Source of the DNA: Yuukianura sp. NJ FZ-2021
Taxonomy: Eukaryota
Direction of reading: 5' to 3'
DNA length: 64,000 nucleotides
Assembly: GCA_046563655.1 (NCBI GenBank)
Contig: CM102283.1
Coordinates: 5,456,001 to 5,520,000 of the forward strand
Shown: positions 1 to 14,185 of the stretch, piece by piece
Layout of the letters: each line of letters opens with the position of its first letter
Position numbering within the stretch: the first letter of the stretch is position 1
Notes under the pieces: generated by a model
What the model was told of the DNA's origin: nothing
Seen by the model: the letters and a program-made list of their open reading frames with translations, nothing else
Database searches by the model: none
Translations under genes and position numbers: made by a program

Positions 1-2083
1 TACAGGTTTGCTCCACCAAGTCACGGCGAGGCTCATCAAACTTAATCAACTGAGCAAGCAAGTTACTGGTGAATCGAGTAAGGCGTCCACCACCAGAGCA
101 GTTATTTTCGACTCGTCTTTTCTGGCACTCTGCCACATCATGCAAAACTACGGCCCTCAGGTTAATAGTTTTAACTTTAAGTTTAAAATTCTTGGTTAAA
201 ATGAAACTAAATGGTGCCTATTTTAGTATCTGCCAGAGGACAATGGAGAGTGTTTCTTTGAGGACTGGTATCGTGACTGCATGGCCGTAGAGAGTGATCC
301 GAAAAGCCCGGATGCAATTGTAGGCAAATGTGACCAAAAGAAAGTCGACCTACTGCTGAATCAGTATTTAAATCAAACAGACAACGATCTCAAAACTAGG
401 TAAAGCGTATATTGATCTTGTGACTGGGTACATATTCACTTGTTTCGCTTGCATACTAAAGTACTTTAAGTATACGAAGTAATACTTATTCGGTTTTAGC
501 CTGGTCCTTTGGCACGAACTTTGTTTCAATTCAGTCGGGGTTGTGGCTGATTTACTTCTTGCTTGGAGTAAAGATACCATCAGCGTCACAGACGTCAAAA
601 AAGTTCTGGATGTATTCCGGTCCAAAATATGCGCACTGCCAGTTTGTATTGCCGCATGGTTGTGTTCATTTATTCAGGTGAGGTTTCGTTTATACTTGAA
701 AAATATTGTTAAAATTATAAAGTTTTATGTTAGTTAACTTGCATCTGTAAGTTTTGTGTACGTTCTGTGTATTGCAGATCATGCCCGAAGAAGAATGTGG
801 AAAAGCAAGGTATATGCTGGATCACTTAAGTAGCCCTTTGCTAGGCAACCCATCTTCAGAAGAAGGCCAAGACAATTTCAAAGACAGGTTAAAGTTTGCA
901 TCGAAAAAAAAACGTACGTGTAACCCAGCGATCAAAGTCTTACTCGATTCTTTTTGTTTCAGCAGAAGGCGCCTGATGGTAAAGATAATTAATAACATGA
1001 ATCAGTCCACCATTCACTCTCTCAGCACTGGAAGCCACTCCAACGTTTGTCTGAGCCCGATTTCAGACTCGAAGCAGAGTCGGACACTGTTTGAAAATTG
1101 CTGGGCCAAGCGACCAAACAGGGGCATAATGGATGTCCAAACCACCATTCTCATGAAGAATCTTCTCCAGATTTCTGGACCGAGTCATTTCGTTTCTACC
1201 ATACTGCAGGTAGCACTTGCAGGAAATTGTGTTAAAAAATGTTGTTGTTTTTTATTGTTGTAACTTAAACTGTCTTGTTGAATTTATCAGAGAATATTTG
1301 ACATTCAACATAAAGCCGAATTGGTGCAGTGGAGAGAGCTGGCCTACGGAATTCTGCACATGGACTTCCAGCGATGCATTCCAGAGTTTCTGAAACAAAT
1401 GCTTCCCTGTATTCTACAATTAACGAAGAGGTATTAACAAAAAATTCAAGAAGAGGTTAAATATGACTAAGAGGTTGAGTCATTTGTACTTTTCCATTTC
1501 CAGTGAAACGAGTTGCGTGGAGCCCCAAGGGATAGCGATTGTACTACTTGGAGTAGAGCTGACGTTGTCGTACTACTTGCACGCAAGACAGGAAACTTCT
1601 GAAAGTGCAGAACCCCAAGCCAAGCGTCGAAGAGGCAATAGAGAAAAGACTACTAAAATGTTGGAAATCAACCTGGACGGAATTCTCAAGAGGATTTTTC
1701 GGGACTTTAATGATTTTCTGTCCGGAACAAATGAGCTCAGTCCACACGCACTACTCATCTTTAGATTCCTCAAGGAAATTGCTATGAAAGCTCCAGATCC
1801 TTCGATTCATCACGCACTTTCACATGAAACAGTAAGATTCATCGATCCAAAACTGGAGAAAAACATAGAACCTCCCTTTTTGTGTGTGTGTGTGTTTTTT
1901 TTTAAATTCCGGATATTTCGTGTTTTTGCCTAGGTCAACTCTCTCATTTCTATTCTGGGCAACCAGATGACCCCCAGCCTTCTACTGGCTCTGCACTCAA
2001 TGCGAGATCGAAACGGAAGAGCTAACTGCGCCGAAGCTATATCCAGACTGAAAATTGTTCAGGAACCGGAAAACTTTCTGTAA
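1..2083 (+). CDS. MED24: Mediator subunit 24, 3' part (multi-exon, 5' end outside window)
   Basis: Exon peptides ADLLLAWSKDTISVTDVKKVLDVFRSKICALPVCIAAWLCSFIQ, LLQISGPSHFVSTILQ and SCVEPQGIAIV resemble the MED24/TRAP100 C-terminal half. Short GT-AG introns; last exon 1934-2083 ends EPENFL-TAA. Confidence 0.8.
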
Positions 2084-2520
2084 GAACCGAAATGGAATTT
2101 TTATGAGAATGCTGGCAGTGTGATGTTGGGATGATGCGATTTTATATTTATTTGAACTCATGTCTGTATTTGGCACAAGAATAAAACCGTAAGTTTGGAT
2201 TTTAAGTATAGTGATTAGTAAAGTTCGCTCACTTTGACGTCAGTTGTTGACTTAAAGCGGTTACATCCTTATGAATTAAACAACAGAACCTGGAGTAGCC
2301 AGTTAACAAGATTGGTTGCCAACCTCAAGGTCAGGGGAGGGTTAGACCATTCAGGTTTAGATCTTAACTCGTTGTAACTTTAAATTAAGAATAACAAAGT
2401 GGAAAGGATAATCAACGGCATGCTTAATTAATGTTTAAGATTAATTGGAAACCTGGAGAAACTATGTAATTGTTGCCTTAGTTTTACTGTCATGTCTCAT
2501 ATTCCAGTTGAGGTTATTAC

Positions 2521-5500
2521 TTAGCTATTAGTATTGATATTGGGAATGGAGATGTCAATAATCTGATTGTTTCCGTCGGATGTATGTCGAAGGTCAACTG
2601 AGGGGTCACTGGACTCTGGCATGATGATGCAAGTGAATAGTTGTCCAGTAATTGAATTGCGGGGATAAATAGTTGTTGGTAAGAAGGGCTCATCCTTCTC
2701 GACGTAATCACAGAGTCGGCTGTAGATTTCGGGATAAGTACGACGTAGTTTGACGCCACGCTCATTCAGATGACGCTGAATATTGGCAAAGCTCACCTCT
2801 CTCATTCGTCGATGTTCCGCATCCGTCAACTACCAAAGTACACTCAAAATTGTTAAAATGTCAAAGGTCAAGGTCATAAATGTCAATTCTAGCAGCGTTT
2901 CCGCTTACCTGTCGCGAGGAGATAGGCACTGATCGGAGAATAATCGTTTCCCCATCACTGGGCTGTTGGGTCGACAGAAACTCGTCTGCTGGAAAAGGAG
3001 GCGGAGCTGAATCGAGGAAGTACATTTCGTCACTGGTTTGGTGAAGATGTGCTGCCACTTGATGGTGCGGAGATTCCTCTTCTACTCCACGCGGAAGGAA
3101 AAGGCGGAGTTTGGCTGACCTGGCAATCATTTCACGCTCCCATTTGACAGCACCGGAAGTTGGAACTTCATTTACAACGCAGAGACTAACGTAGAGAACA
3201 AACCGAGTGGTTGGATTGTACGTTTGACATTGGTCACTCAACTCCGCGTAAATCTGAGCACCCATTTCTTCCGGTAAAATATCACTGCTGGCGATGTACC
3301 TGGAATACAATAATAATAATTAATATATCAATAATATTTATTATAATAATAAATGAAGTTTTACCAAGGTGCCGGTATTTCTGGAAAACCGCCGGTGAGG
3401 AACCGTTCAGCCCTGTCCGGACTAGAGAAAAAGAGTTTGATGCAACCGCGTCCCTTGGCCAAGTACCCTTGACGGCTCTGTCGGCTTAAACTTGTTACGA
3501 TTTCCGAATCATCCCGAACTTGGGCTATGATTTGCTTACACAGAGCCCCGACGCGAGACTGCATGCAAACTTTCTTGTGTTTCTCCCAATGAGCCCTTCG
3601 ACATTCCCTTGAGCAGTAGTAAGCATTGCAATTGTGACACGTTTTGAATTCACGTCGAGCCTCCAAGCCCACGCCACTCTTCCCGCACTTTGAGTTCCGA
3701 CATTCAATTACCGAAGCACCTGAAATTCAACACAAGATGTCGGTTACGTGGTTACAAATTTTTCGTTTTTTCATTTTCTGAATTTTAGACGCACTCCATG
3801 ACTTTCATCATTTATTAAGTTTATGTCAATAATTCTGTGACGTTAATACATTTTTGTCACTTCGGGTTAATTGTGAAGGTTGTGGTTGTGTGGATTCTCG
3901 ACATCAAAGTTTTTGGTTCCGGTTTAAGAAATTGTCGAAATTCGGGAGCTATTTGGAAATGTCAAAACTAAGAAAATAAATAATGGTCATGCGTCAGCCT
4001 CAAAGCCTCGTAATCGGCAACTAACTAATGGACGAGAATTTTTTATGCAATCATCTAGTTACTTAAGCCTTACCGATTGATTCCGAGTCTTTCCGAGATC
4101 TCGAACTGCTTTTCTCTTCTTTATCTTCAAGGTCAAGGTCAAATGAGACTCGGCGCAGTTTGGCCGGTGAAGACGGTAGACTTGTCTCCATCAAAGGTCC
4201 AGCAAACTGATGTAAGCGTGCTGCTGGAGTGAAGGCGTCAGATTTAAAATTGAATCCATCCAATTCCTCAGGGTCTGAGCCTCTCGACTCCAAGTGAGCA
4301 CCAATGTTTGTTTCAGGGGAAATATTGAAAGCTCGCGTTGCGTCTTGCGGAATAGCCAGACTTTCACGAGCGTCACTTCGCAGAACGTCGATAATGTCGT
4401 CATCTGGAGGCGGAGGTGGGAAAATGAAATCCGTCGAATCTTCTACAGGTTGTAACATGCGCATTTGCCAGTCGGAAATCGGTGAGGGCGTTACCGTTGT
4501 AGCGTTTGACTCTGGTTGTGGGGAAGAAGAAGAATGTAGAGTAAGACCTATTCCGAATCCAACCGTGGCGGCGGGATTAGTTAAAAACGAAGATTCAATT
4601 TTGGCAATGGTTCGTGCCGGAGAGGATGTGCCGAAGGTGGATGCAGTGGATTGTGTGTGCGTTGATGCAGAAACTCCGCTTGAGCTTGGCGGTGTCACTG
4701 CAGTGGTGAGATGACCTAGTTGATGCAAAAGTGGACGTTGTCAAAGGTATAATCGGATGAGGGAAAGTTAAGAAAGAAGCAAAGTGAGATATGGAGCTGA
4801 AGGGCAGCGGTGACAGTGGAAGGGCGATTGAAACTCTGGCAGGAAACTTTGAAACTAAGAGTGAAAGTGCGGTAATTTCAAAATGTCCGTTACCTTTGTC
4901 TCTAGATTTGAATTTTTTGTGTGGACGCCTCAGGGCAAGGAGGGAATCTAGTATGTCGTCCAAAGTAGGGGAAGAGACTGAGGAGGAATTTGAATATCGC
5001 TCTTCCATTGGCTCTGCCCGCAACAACCAGCACATGCAAATAAAAACAAACAAAATTAAACGTTACGATTCGTTTTGATCCTCGGTTTCATTCGGAAAAT
5101 CAAAATTATTCATGCGCTGGCTTCAGAAACAGTCATTTTTGGGGAAGCAGACGGATAACACAGGCTTAAAACTTACCAGTTCATTCAAACACATAAACTA
5201 ACAAAAATGCAATAAAATGGACACGTCAATCAGCGCTTAAGTTTTAAAACATAAAGTACAGTTGAACAGTTCAGGATTTTTGAATTTTGTAGGAAACATT
5301 AGTTAGTGGGAGTTACAAACACTTAAGAACGAATGTTATGGACGCGCTCCAGGGTTGTACTTGTAACATGATGAAATTGGAAAATTGAACAACATTTTAC
5401 GCACAAAGTGAGTGAAAGAGTGAAACGATGACCTTGACTTTTCGCTAGCCGTTTAGGTCAACCTCTAAGACACACGTGACATTAAATGCAGGAAAGTGTT

Positions 5501-7519
5501 TACAAAGGCAGCTCAACCAAGGAAACACTCAAACCTCTGAAGTGATTTTTTTAAGTGTTGGAAATTTCACTCACCGTTGCGAGAAAACATTGGCTGATGC
5601 TGAGATTGCGAATTTCCGTAAGATGCCGAAGGAGATGGCGGCGGGTGTTTTTGCTGCTCGGCTGGCTTGAGAAGCGTTTTCTTTGCACCGAGCTGTTGCG
5701 TCTGCGCCTGTGACTTTTGGATTAACGTAGGTGTGTCAGGCGTAGTGGGAGAATCGATGGGTTTGGTCCCAACGAATGAACTCTCGAGCCAAACGAAGCC
5801 ACGTCGAGGAGAGCCACGCCCATTCATGCCTTCGTCAAGCGGTCTGCTCTCGTTGACATAGTCCACTATTGCATTCGATACCTCCTTAATCGAACTGCGA
5901 ACCCTGCACAGACACAGAGTGAAATCCAAGTTAGCATTTTAATTAAAAGTGTAATTTAGCCTTACCTGTTGAGTTTGTGCCGTGTAGACTCTTCATTGTT
6001 GTTAAGGCTGAGGTCCGAGGCCGTTTCTTGACATGGTGATATCTGCAGGTTTGCCAGTGAAGATTCCTTAGAAGTGTTAGCAGAGGCTGTCGTGTCTGAC
6101 TTTGGAGATTGCGTCTTCATCAAGTCTGCCGCCAGTCTCTCAGATGGCGTCCTATAAAGTGCAGTCGATCCCAAACGCTCCTGCAGAATTCCGAAGTTCC
6201 AACACATTTTTGAAAAACATCAAATTTAAGAAATGTGGTGTAGTGCAAGATTTGAGTGCATGACTTTTTAAATGAAAATTTAAGTAAGCTGACCTGTGAC
6301 CTCCAGCCGAGGTATGGTTGCTTAGAGTATGCGTGAAGTCTAGTTGAGGGTCCTGAGGCCGTCGGAGTGGACATGGCTGATCCTATTCCAGCAACTGGAG
6401 ATGGGGAAGGAGAAAGTGACGCCGGACTAGCACCACAGGTCATCCGAGTTCCAAATCGGGTCATGGCGTACGGCATTCCGTACCTAGCACCCAAAAAGGT
6501 ATTTTAAATAATATTACTTAATGTAATTCTAGTTTTCAGTATAAGCAATGATAGTTGACTGAAAACACGTACGTGAATGAGCTCCGTTCGTAATAAGGCG
6601 AAGGGCTGACACTTGAAGTGGAGTTAGGGCTAGTCACTGATCCACCACACCTTCCTCCCGCAGAACTTGTTCCGGTTGCTAAGAGACGCCGTGAATTGTA
6701 TCGATTTTCACCTGAACATATTTTATCTTCATTATTCTACATAATATCATTTAATTAGAATCCAGTATTCTGTTGGATCTTACCGGAGTATCTGCCAGTC
6801 GACTGTTGAAGACTAGTAAGAGACGAAGCTTTGGATTGGGAGAGGCCTGACCAGCCTCCAGCAAGTCCACCGGAACCGGAGTCTCTACGAAGCGAAGGAG
6901 AAGGTGACTTGCCGCCGTCACTAAACTTCTTGTACCAATCCGGAACATCCAGCTTCGTCAACGACTTCTGAACTCTCAGCTCATGCTCGGATGGTTGCCT
7001 ATTCTCCTGCTGATGCCGAGCCATCAGAGCATTCTCAGGGGCCTAGCACAAGATGGCACAACAATTAGCTCCTGACTTACTTTAAATATTAAATGTTAAA
7101 TCGCAAATTATGAACAATTTAATCAGAATTTAAGCGCTAATTATTGTTTTTGCCAAAGAGTAAAATTTTCTTAAAATTATTTTTACTTTCACTCTGCTTT
7201 CACTGCAGGAAACTTGAAAAATTATGCTGGTTTAAAAAAAAAGTTTTTCATTGCGTATGCATTTGGCACTGCTGCGGAACTCTTGGGGAAAAACTTTTCA
7301 ATACTAATAAAATCGCATGTAAAAGGTAATAATATCGGAAACATACTTCTACGGATAATATAATACGGAAAAATAGTTTTCTTTTTTTTAATTAAAAAAG
7401 CTAATTACCCTGAGATGAGCCGTTTTTGAACTTTGAAGAACCTCCATGGATCTAGTCTTCTCTTCCCCATAAGTACTGCTTGACTGGGAGTCTCTTCCGC
7501 CAATATTAAGGTTCAACAT
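2521..7519 (-). CDS. Apical junction molecule AJM1-like protein with MYND zinc finger (multi-exon; start uncertain)
   Basis: MYND motif CHNCNAYYCSRECRRAHWEKHKKVC, then SRQGYLAKGRGCIKLFF and YNPTTRFVLYVSLCV...AVKWERE, as in AJM1/C9orf172. The 4063-4728 exon splices in frame (ESI G|GT AS) to the MYND exon. Long Ser/Pro-rich upstream exons reach at least 7024; 7519 is a candidate ATG. Confidence 0.7.
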
Positions 7520-8337
7520 TGTACTCGTCTTCCTAGTAGGATTGTCTATACTTGAGCATGAGGTCCAGTGTAGGTCAAGAACTTGCGACTAGACACTAGG
7601 CGTAGCCTCAGGCGTTCGAATTCTTCAAGTGTACTCCGACATGACGTTGAGGAGTAACAAGGTGAATCAAGTACTGGATGACTGGTATGATTAATTGATG
7701 GAATTACCTGATGCGCCTAAGTTGAGGAGGTTGATGCAGAAGTGTAGGTGTTTTGGTCTGAAGGGAAAGTGGAGTAGAGGACTTACGTGCCGGAGACAGG
7801 GGCAGAAATAGGCTACGGGATCAGTGGGCAACAATTCCTTGCAAAGTGAGTCCAGGAGGGCGGGGCTCTCTGGAGCGTGGATCGATCGCCATGGAACTGC
7901 GCACCCAGATTCGGCTCCTGTCTCACAGTCCTCGTCAAGTGAAACTTCACTTGGTCAGTCCGAGGGTTCAGCCTTTTTGCACTCGCTCTTACGTGGAGAC
8001 TCGGACACTTTCTCCGTGACACAAAGCACATAGCAGCCTTGACATCCACCCATTGGAGTAATTCCAGGAAAGAATCCAGTCACGTTTTGAATCTACTTAA
8101 AAAAAAGCTAAAAAATGTGCATTGAGACAGCAAAATGCAACGTCACGTTTCTTAGGAAAAGTGAAATGAAAACAACAGGGCCTTGTTAGAATTTAAAAAT
8201 GATGATTTATTTCATTTTCATAACGTGGGCTTACGGCGACATTTTGGACAGTCCTAGAAGTTTGGCAAATAAAAACGAAAAATATTCCAGTCAGGAGAGT
8301 GACTTGGTGAGGCTGGTGAAGAGTTCTGGCAAGCATC

Positions 8338-9819
8338 TTAGCATCCGTTGGTAATTAAAATGCTCCGTTCAGTCAAAAAGTTATAGGCATACTGTACACA
8401 AGAAAAAAAAACAATTAACAAACTATTTCATTTGAGTTTCTCAACTTGTTTTTGCTTTACCTCGCGTTCGATATCAGCGTCACTCTTAATTTGGATTGAC
8501 GGTGTAAATCGGGTTGCGTTCTGAAAGATAGAATGAAATTTTGAAACTGCATATATAACTTTAGAAACCTATAGAAACCGTTCTGCGTTGACGAATTATC
8601 ACGAACCAGTGTGGAGTTTGTTGATGGCTGGAGCTCCTCGTGAAGTACGAATGGAACGCCAGCGATGTCCGACCACTGAGCCAAAGTATTGCTGTTTTGA
8701 TGCTTAAATGGTGGCGGTGTAGGATGCTGTTGTTGCTGTTGATATTGAGGTGAATTGTAAGGAGACATCATCCCACCGCTGGGACTATACATTTGTGATT
8801 GCAATGGAGACGTTGGCGTTCCGTACCCACTCGTGCTTCCGCTAGCCTGACCTAAAACATAAAACCAACGATTGATTATTATAAATTATTGCTTAAGCCT
8901 ACGAACCAAAAAATAAAAGCCGAATGCTGAATTTACAAAACCGTCGTAGTAAAGCGTACCCATGCTAAGATCCTTGATTGCTTGCTGCATTTCAGCATAC
9001 GGTCGTCCAATATTTGCCCCCATTGGCGATATCCTACATCCCATAGCAGTATATTTCATTTTCTGGTCAAATAGAAAATCACTCACATTTCTCATTGATA
9101 ACTTACCCGTATCCCAATGCAGGCGAATTTAGCCTTGTCAGTGCTGAGATTTTTCGGACACAAATAAACATCCCGTTCATATCTCTAAAATTATCAGAAA
9201 GAAAACTCTTGGATTCCGGTTTCACATATTATGACTACGTTTCTGGTTTAGAGAGGGTTTAATATTTTCCGTCTAAAGCGACAAAGACAATTTACCCGAG
9301 TAAGTCGAACCCATCTGGGGAAGATCCATAAACACCTCCGGAAGTTTTCAATTTGCTGAAAATAACAATCTCCACAATTGACTCTAAATTTGACCGATAG
9401 TGTGCAAGCTTATAGCACAGTTGCTTTTTCTGAAACGCCTTTTGGTTCGTGTCAGCCGTTTGGGCAGCGATCGAAAACCCATCCGGGGGCGTTTCTTTGT
9501 CGTTGAGGATAAGCAAAGAATTTAGAACATGTTCAGGTCTGCCTTGGCTCTTAGAAACACAAACGTAACGGGTAACTTTTCGGCCGAAGAATCCATCTTT
9601 CCATAAGTCAGCATCCTGGTCAGTATCATGTGTCCTAACAATCTACACAAAAGGACATTTCCTTAGGTGATGTTTACATTCGTCAGCTTGGTGGAAAATA
9701 TGGATTAGATGAATCTGTGCATAGCTTACTGGGGTGTATCCAAGTGGACACTTTGAGACATCTTCAACAACGCAAATTGATGTGATAGATCGATGTTCCG
9801 GGTTGAGCTGAAAGTTCAT
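8338..9819 (-). CDS. MVB12: Multivesicular body subunit 12 (ESCRT-I; MABP and UMA domains)
   Basis: Spliced peptide RSITSICVVEDVSKCPLGYTP/IVRTHDTDQDADLWKDGFFGRKVTRYVCVSK (MABP) and C-terminal SDIAGVPFVL...IENE/YAYNFLTER (UMA). ATG at 9819, TAA at 8338. Confidence 0.88.
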
Positions 9820-10598
9820 CCCTTCTATTAAACCAATTCAGGCGACAGTAGTAATCTGACTGGTTCACTTTGGTCGTTCCGTTCATACGATTTGGAACAA
9901 ACTCCTATTTCAAGCAAGTTATTAACCTTATTAATTACTTGGAAAAATCTGTCCAATCAACAGCTGCGCTGCGAATGATGAGTCAACATTGGTGTTACAC
10001 TCTTCCTCGGAGTTGGTAGAAATCTGACAACGTCAAATTCTGGTTGGCCTGGCCTAAAAGGATTACATCCCCGTTTAATTACATTAAATTAGGTAAACCG
10101 TCATTTAACATTAAACATTGATTTAATTAAAAATGGTTTATTTATTGTTTCACGTCTTTTGCCATATTATTGAAGTATATAGTATGAAGCAAATTAACTA
10201 AGCTACTTTTTGTTAGCAGTTAAAATTAGAAAGATATGAAAAAAACAGAACAAAAATACCGTTAGGCTTAGGTTTCTCTTAGCTCTGTCCCAATTCTAAA
10301 ATTATAACAGGATACTTTCTACAAATCCGTTATCCAATATGAAATATAAAATCTGTTAGAGTTAATTTATGTATCACCTGCTAAGCTTCTAGAATTACTT
10401 TTAGTTTCTCAGGAATCAGGATAATAACGGCCAGAATCTGATCTACTTTATGACCAGGGTGTTAGGTCCCCGCCCAGGAGTGACCCTTTCTCATGACCCT
10501 ATGGTCCCAACTGTTCTTCTCAGAATCGACAGAAAACGTTTTCTTTGTCCACGACGTTTTCTGTCAGTAGCGTCCTTCTCCCCCTACCCCTTTAAATA

Positions 10599-10831
10599 CA
10601 GTATACTTTCCCATTTATTCCATTCGCCAAATACAAAACAATTTCAATTGACAAATACAAAACTCGCACCCGTACACTGGCGGTAAACTGGCAAAATGGA
10701 AAATGAAATGGCAATTGGGGGATTTGCCAATGACAATTTCACCTCAGACTCATGTAATCTTCTAACCCTAGTGTAGTTCAATTGTATTTTGTTTTGTATT
10801 TGGCAAATGGAATAAATGGGAAAGTATACTG
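10599..10831. mobile_element. Tc1/mariner-type MITE (233 bp)
   Basis: ~46-bp near-perfect terminal inverted repeats starting CAGTATACTTTCCCATTTATTCCATT, with TA on both sides (10597-10598, 10832-10833). Confidence 0.85.
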
Positions 10832-10988
10832 TATACCCGGGAAACTTCTGGACCAGACGCAGTAACTGTCGCACCGAGCGTGAAATTGGAACACGGTTGT
10901 ATAACCACGGTATGGGTTGGAGCGACTAATCCTCGGAACCGGCCGAACTTTCCGAGGCACCAATACCGCGGCATAGAAATCACTACAC

Positions 10989-11134
10989 TAAACCTCAGAA
11001 TAAGCGGAAAATTCACCTTAAACCTCAGAATCAGCGGAAAATTCACCCTAAACCCCAGAATCAGCGGAAAATTCACCCTAAACCTCAATTAGCGGAAAAT
11101 TCACCCTAAACCTCAGAATCAGCGCAAAATTCAG
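10989..11134. repeat. 30-bp minisatellite, ~5 copies
   Basis: Unit TAAACCTCAGAATCAGCGGAAAATTCACCC repeated head-to-tail with few changes. Confidence 0.9.
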
Positions 11135-11526
11135 AACGTTTAATAAAAACTAATTAAACAAGGTTTAATAACAGTTTAATAAAAAAAAGTTAATACATGA
11201 AACTCTGTGATGTCAGAACAAACCTCCATTGTGGGTCCCCGTCTTTTCGATAAAAAATCGCTTATGTCGCCACGACAGGTCAAATCATTGCCACGCAAAA
11301 AATTCGTACATACGGGAAACACTTTTCATCGCTCAGCGACGCATATCCCGTCACCCTAATGTCAAGGCTACCATCTTCAAACATGGCGGAGACGTCTAAG
11401 CCGAAGCCCCAAGTTTCTCTAAGAATCTCTTGCATTGCCGATACGGAGTTATACTCCGACTAAGTCGCCCGACAGTGACCGCCCACATCTTGGATTCTGC
11501 GGAGACCCTCCAGTGCCCCCCCCCCC

Positions 11527-12000
11527 CCGCCAAAATTTGAATTTAAGCAAAAACCACTTTTCAACTTTTTCAAGTTTTTCGAAAAAATTCATTTGAACGA
11601 CTGTCTTTGCTTCGAAACTAGTTACTCCCTTCACTTTCTCATTACAAAATGAACTGGATTCGCTCCACTTTTTCATTCCAGAACAACTGATTCCCGCCAA
11701 AATTTGAATTTAAGTAAAAACCACTTTTGGAGTTTTTCAAGTTCTTTTTAAAAAATTCATTTGAACGACTGTCTTTGCTTCGAATTAGTTACTCCCTGCA
11801 ATTTCTCATCTAAAAATCAGCTGTTTTTTATCCACTTCTTCATTCCAGAACAACTTATTCTCGTCAAAATTTGAATTTAAGTGAGAACCACTTTTCAACT
11901 TTTTCACGTTTTTAAAAAAAAAAATTTTATAAAAAAGTACATCGACCGACTTTGCTTCGAAATTAGTTACTCCCTCCACTTTCTTGTCTAAAAATGCACG
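11527..12000. repeat. ~168-bp tandem repeat, ~3 diverged copies
   Basis: Units begin (CCGC)CAAAATTTGAATTTAAG...ACCACTTTT at ~11527, ~11694 and ~11862, each containing TTTGCTTCGAA..TAGTTACTCCC. Confidence 0.85.
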
Positions 12001-13633
12001 AAACTTTATTTTCAACCATCGAGAAAACCTGAATTAGCGACTCGTCCTCATTCAAAAAACGATAATGCCAACAACTCTTAAAATGGCGGAGTAGCATATT
12101 TCGTTCTGCGTCAGCAAATTACACACCAACTCTTTCACTACTGCTTGTTTCAGAAACAACTCAACTCCGTAGTTAGGTTGTAGGTCAAAGGTTTCCTACA
12201 AATCACCCTTTATCGGCGAAACCGTGATTATTTAAAAAAAGTCACAAGTACCCCTAGCCTTTGGTGACTCATTCGCTTCCCGACTTTTCCAGCAACATCT
12301 ACAAACTAAACTTGGTGAGGTTTTCTAAAATTGTTAACCAACTGACATACCCACCTCCGCTACATTATTTGCAACACCTTCAATTCGGTACCATACATCG
12401 CTTCTTTTGCCAGAGTCGTCACTTTGTAACGTTTTTTTTTGTGGATGATGTCTGCTATACTTTGCTACTCCATTCCGAATTCAATTGGTAATTGTTCCCG
12501 AAATTTTTTGGTGAATCATTAAAAGTAGCTTTGACACTTCACTCTTTTAGGCACGTTTCTTAGACAACATTCCGAATTTTTAGTTACACAGGTCGCAGGA
12601 AATAACAGCGAAAATGCGTCAAGCTTTGACCAAATTATCTTCTGGGTAGCAGTAAGTATTACAGCATTCGTGCTCACACTCATGATTATATGCGTCTGTC
12701 ACTTCTCCTCAAAACTTGCACGTGTGCTGCAGCGACGCCATACGATTCGTAAGTAACATTTCTAGAACCATTCAATTCATTCGCTTCCCGTTCTACATTA
12801 CGCAGTGTTTCTCCTACAGGACGAGATTATGCCAGCGACGATTGCATTTTCTACCAAAACCCATCCGATTCCATGGTCTCAACCAAGCACATGTCAACTT
12901 TAAATCATTATTCCTTGCTCCTTTGAGCAACATCTGCTTGATAGGAGCGATAATTTTTAATCTTCAAACAATGCTTCCACTGTCAACTTGTAACTTAACT
13001 GTATTGCGTTATCTAAAGTTTACTACAACTTTGTTAACTTCGTCCTTTCTGTTGCATTCATGCACCACCTTCGTACTGGGAATAAAAATACACTCTTAAC
13101 TTGTTCATGTCGGCAACATTCGTCACTATCGTTTTCGTTTGCCTAAACTCTTACACCACATCTTTTTTCGTTATCATACGGTTTCCCAGTCCCAGGTTTT
13201 TCTGGATAACGTTTGAACCGCACTGAAATTTTCGACTGGGAAGAGGGCATAGGTGAAAATGAAAGCCAATTCAAGGGTCATTGTTGCAACAGTCAATATG
13301 TCGTAGCAGCATGGACTCAGCCACCGAAAATCATCGGACTAGATGGTACAGTTTATTGCGACGTACAACTCAATTAATTCTACAAACTTGTTTTGTACAA
13401 CTATATCAACGTTTATTCCCGCATTCTACAACGTTTTCTTATGTCAATAGTTAACTAAGTTAACTATAACTCTCGGATTAAAAATATTACTTTCTAGAAG
13501 CCGCATAAAAACGAGATGCTCCACACTCCCTACGACACGGTCCAACACGAGCGTTTCCCACCAGAAATGCATATACTTTTACACTTCTCAAACAAAAGTA
13601 AGTTTGGCTCAGACCCTTTTTTTCACACTCAGC

Positions 13634-13912
13634 CAGTGTTCCCAGTTTCAGTCACTGGACATTCTGGTCGTCCGCCCGAAAAGGTCTTTTGGACATTTCG
13701 GCCCAACCCCTTTCAGTCGACCGAAATGACCAAAACTAATTTTAACCCTACAGGAGGCGCGGGAGATTTGAAAATTTCGGAGGCGTGGCCAGGTTTGGCA
13801 CACGGCGCATGTGCATACCGTGTATGCATTTTGGTCGGACGTTTCGGTCATTTCAGTCGTTTTAGACATTTCAGACCAAAATTTGAGAAAGTGACCGAAA
13901 CTGGGAACACTG
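13634..13912. mobile_element. Non-autonomous hAT element (MITE, 279 bp)
   Basis: 23-bp TIR CAGTGTTCCCAGTTTC(A/G)GTCACT with one mismatch, a perfect 8-bp TSD CACTCAGC (13626-13633, 13913-13920), and subterminal CATTTC(A/G)G repeats. Confidence 0.92.
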
Positions 13913-14185
13913 CACTCAGCAGTACCCATCCGTTTTTTTTGTAAAACTCTTTTTTGAAGACGTATGAGGGGAGATCCAGTACTTTTGTTTAAAATTTTCC
14001 GATACCTTTTTTCTCACAAACCTCCCCAAATAACAACTTGCAGAAACTCGTAGTGTCTAAAAGTTTATGCAGCTAAAACGTAATATTCAACATTCTACAA
14101 ATGTACAACAAATGTACCTAACCCAGATGACGTTATTACAAAAATTGTTTGCCCAAACCAACTCCACAAGTATACTAATCAACCT

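Noticed and set aside
7560-8060. Additional coding exons of the AJM1-like gene
   Set aside because: No frame could be linked to the downstream exons without stops; probably 5' UTR.
10989-11134. 30-bp repeats as a CRISPR array
   Set aside because: Units are head-to-tail with no unique spacers, there are no cas genes, and the context is eukaryotic.
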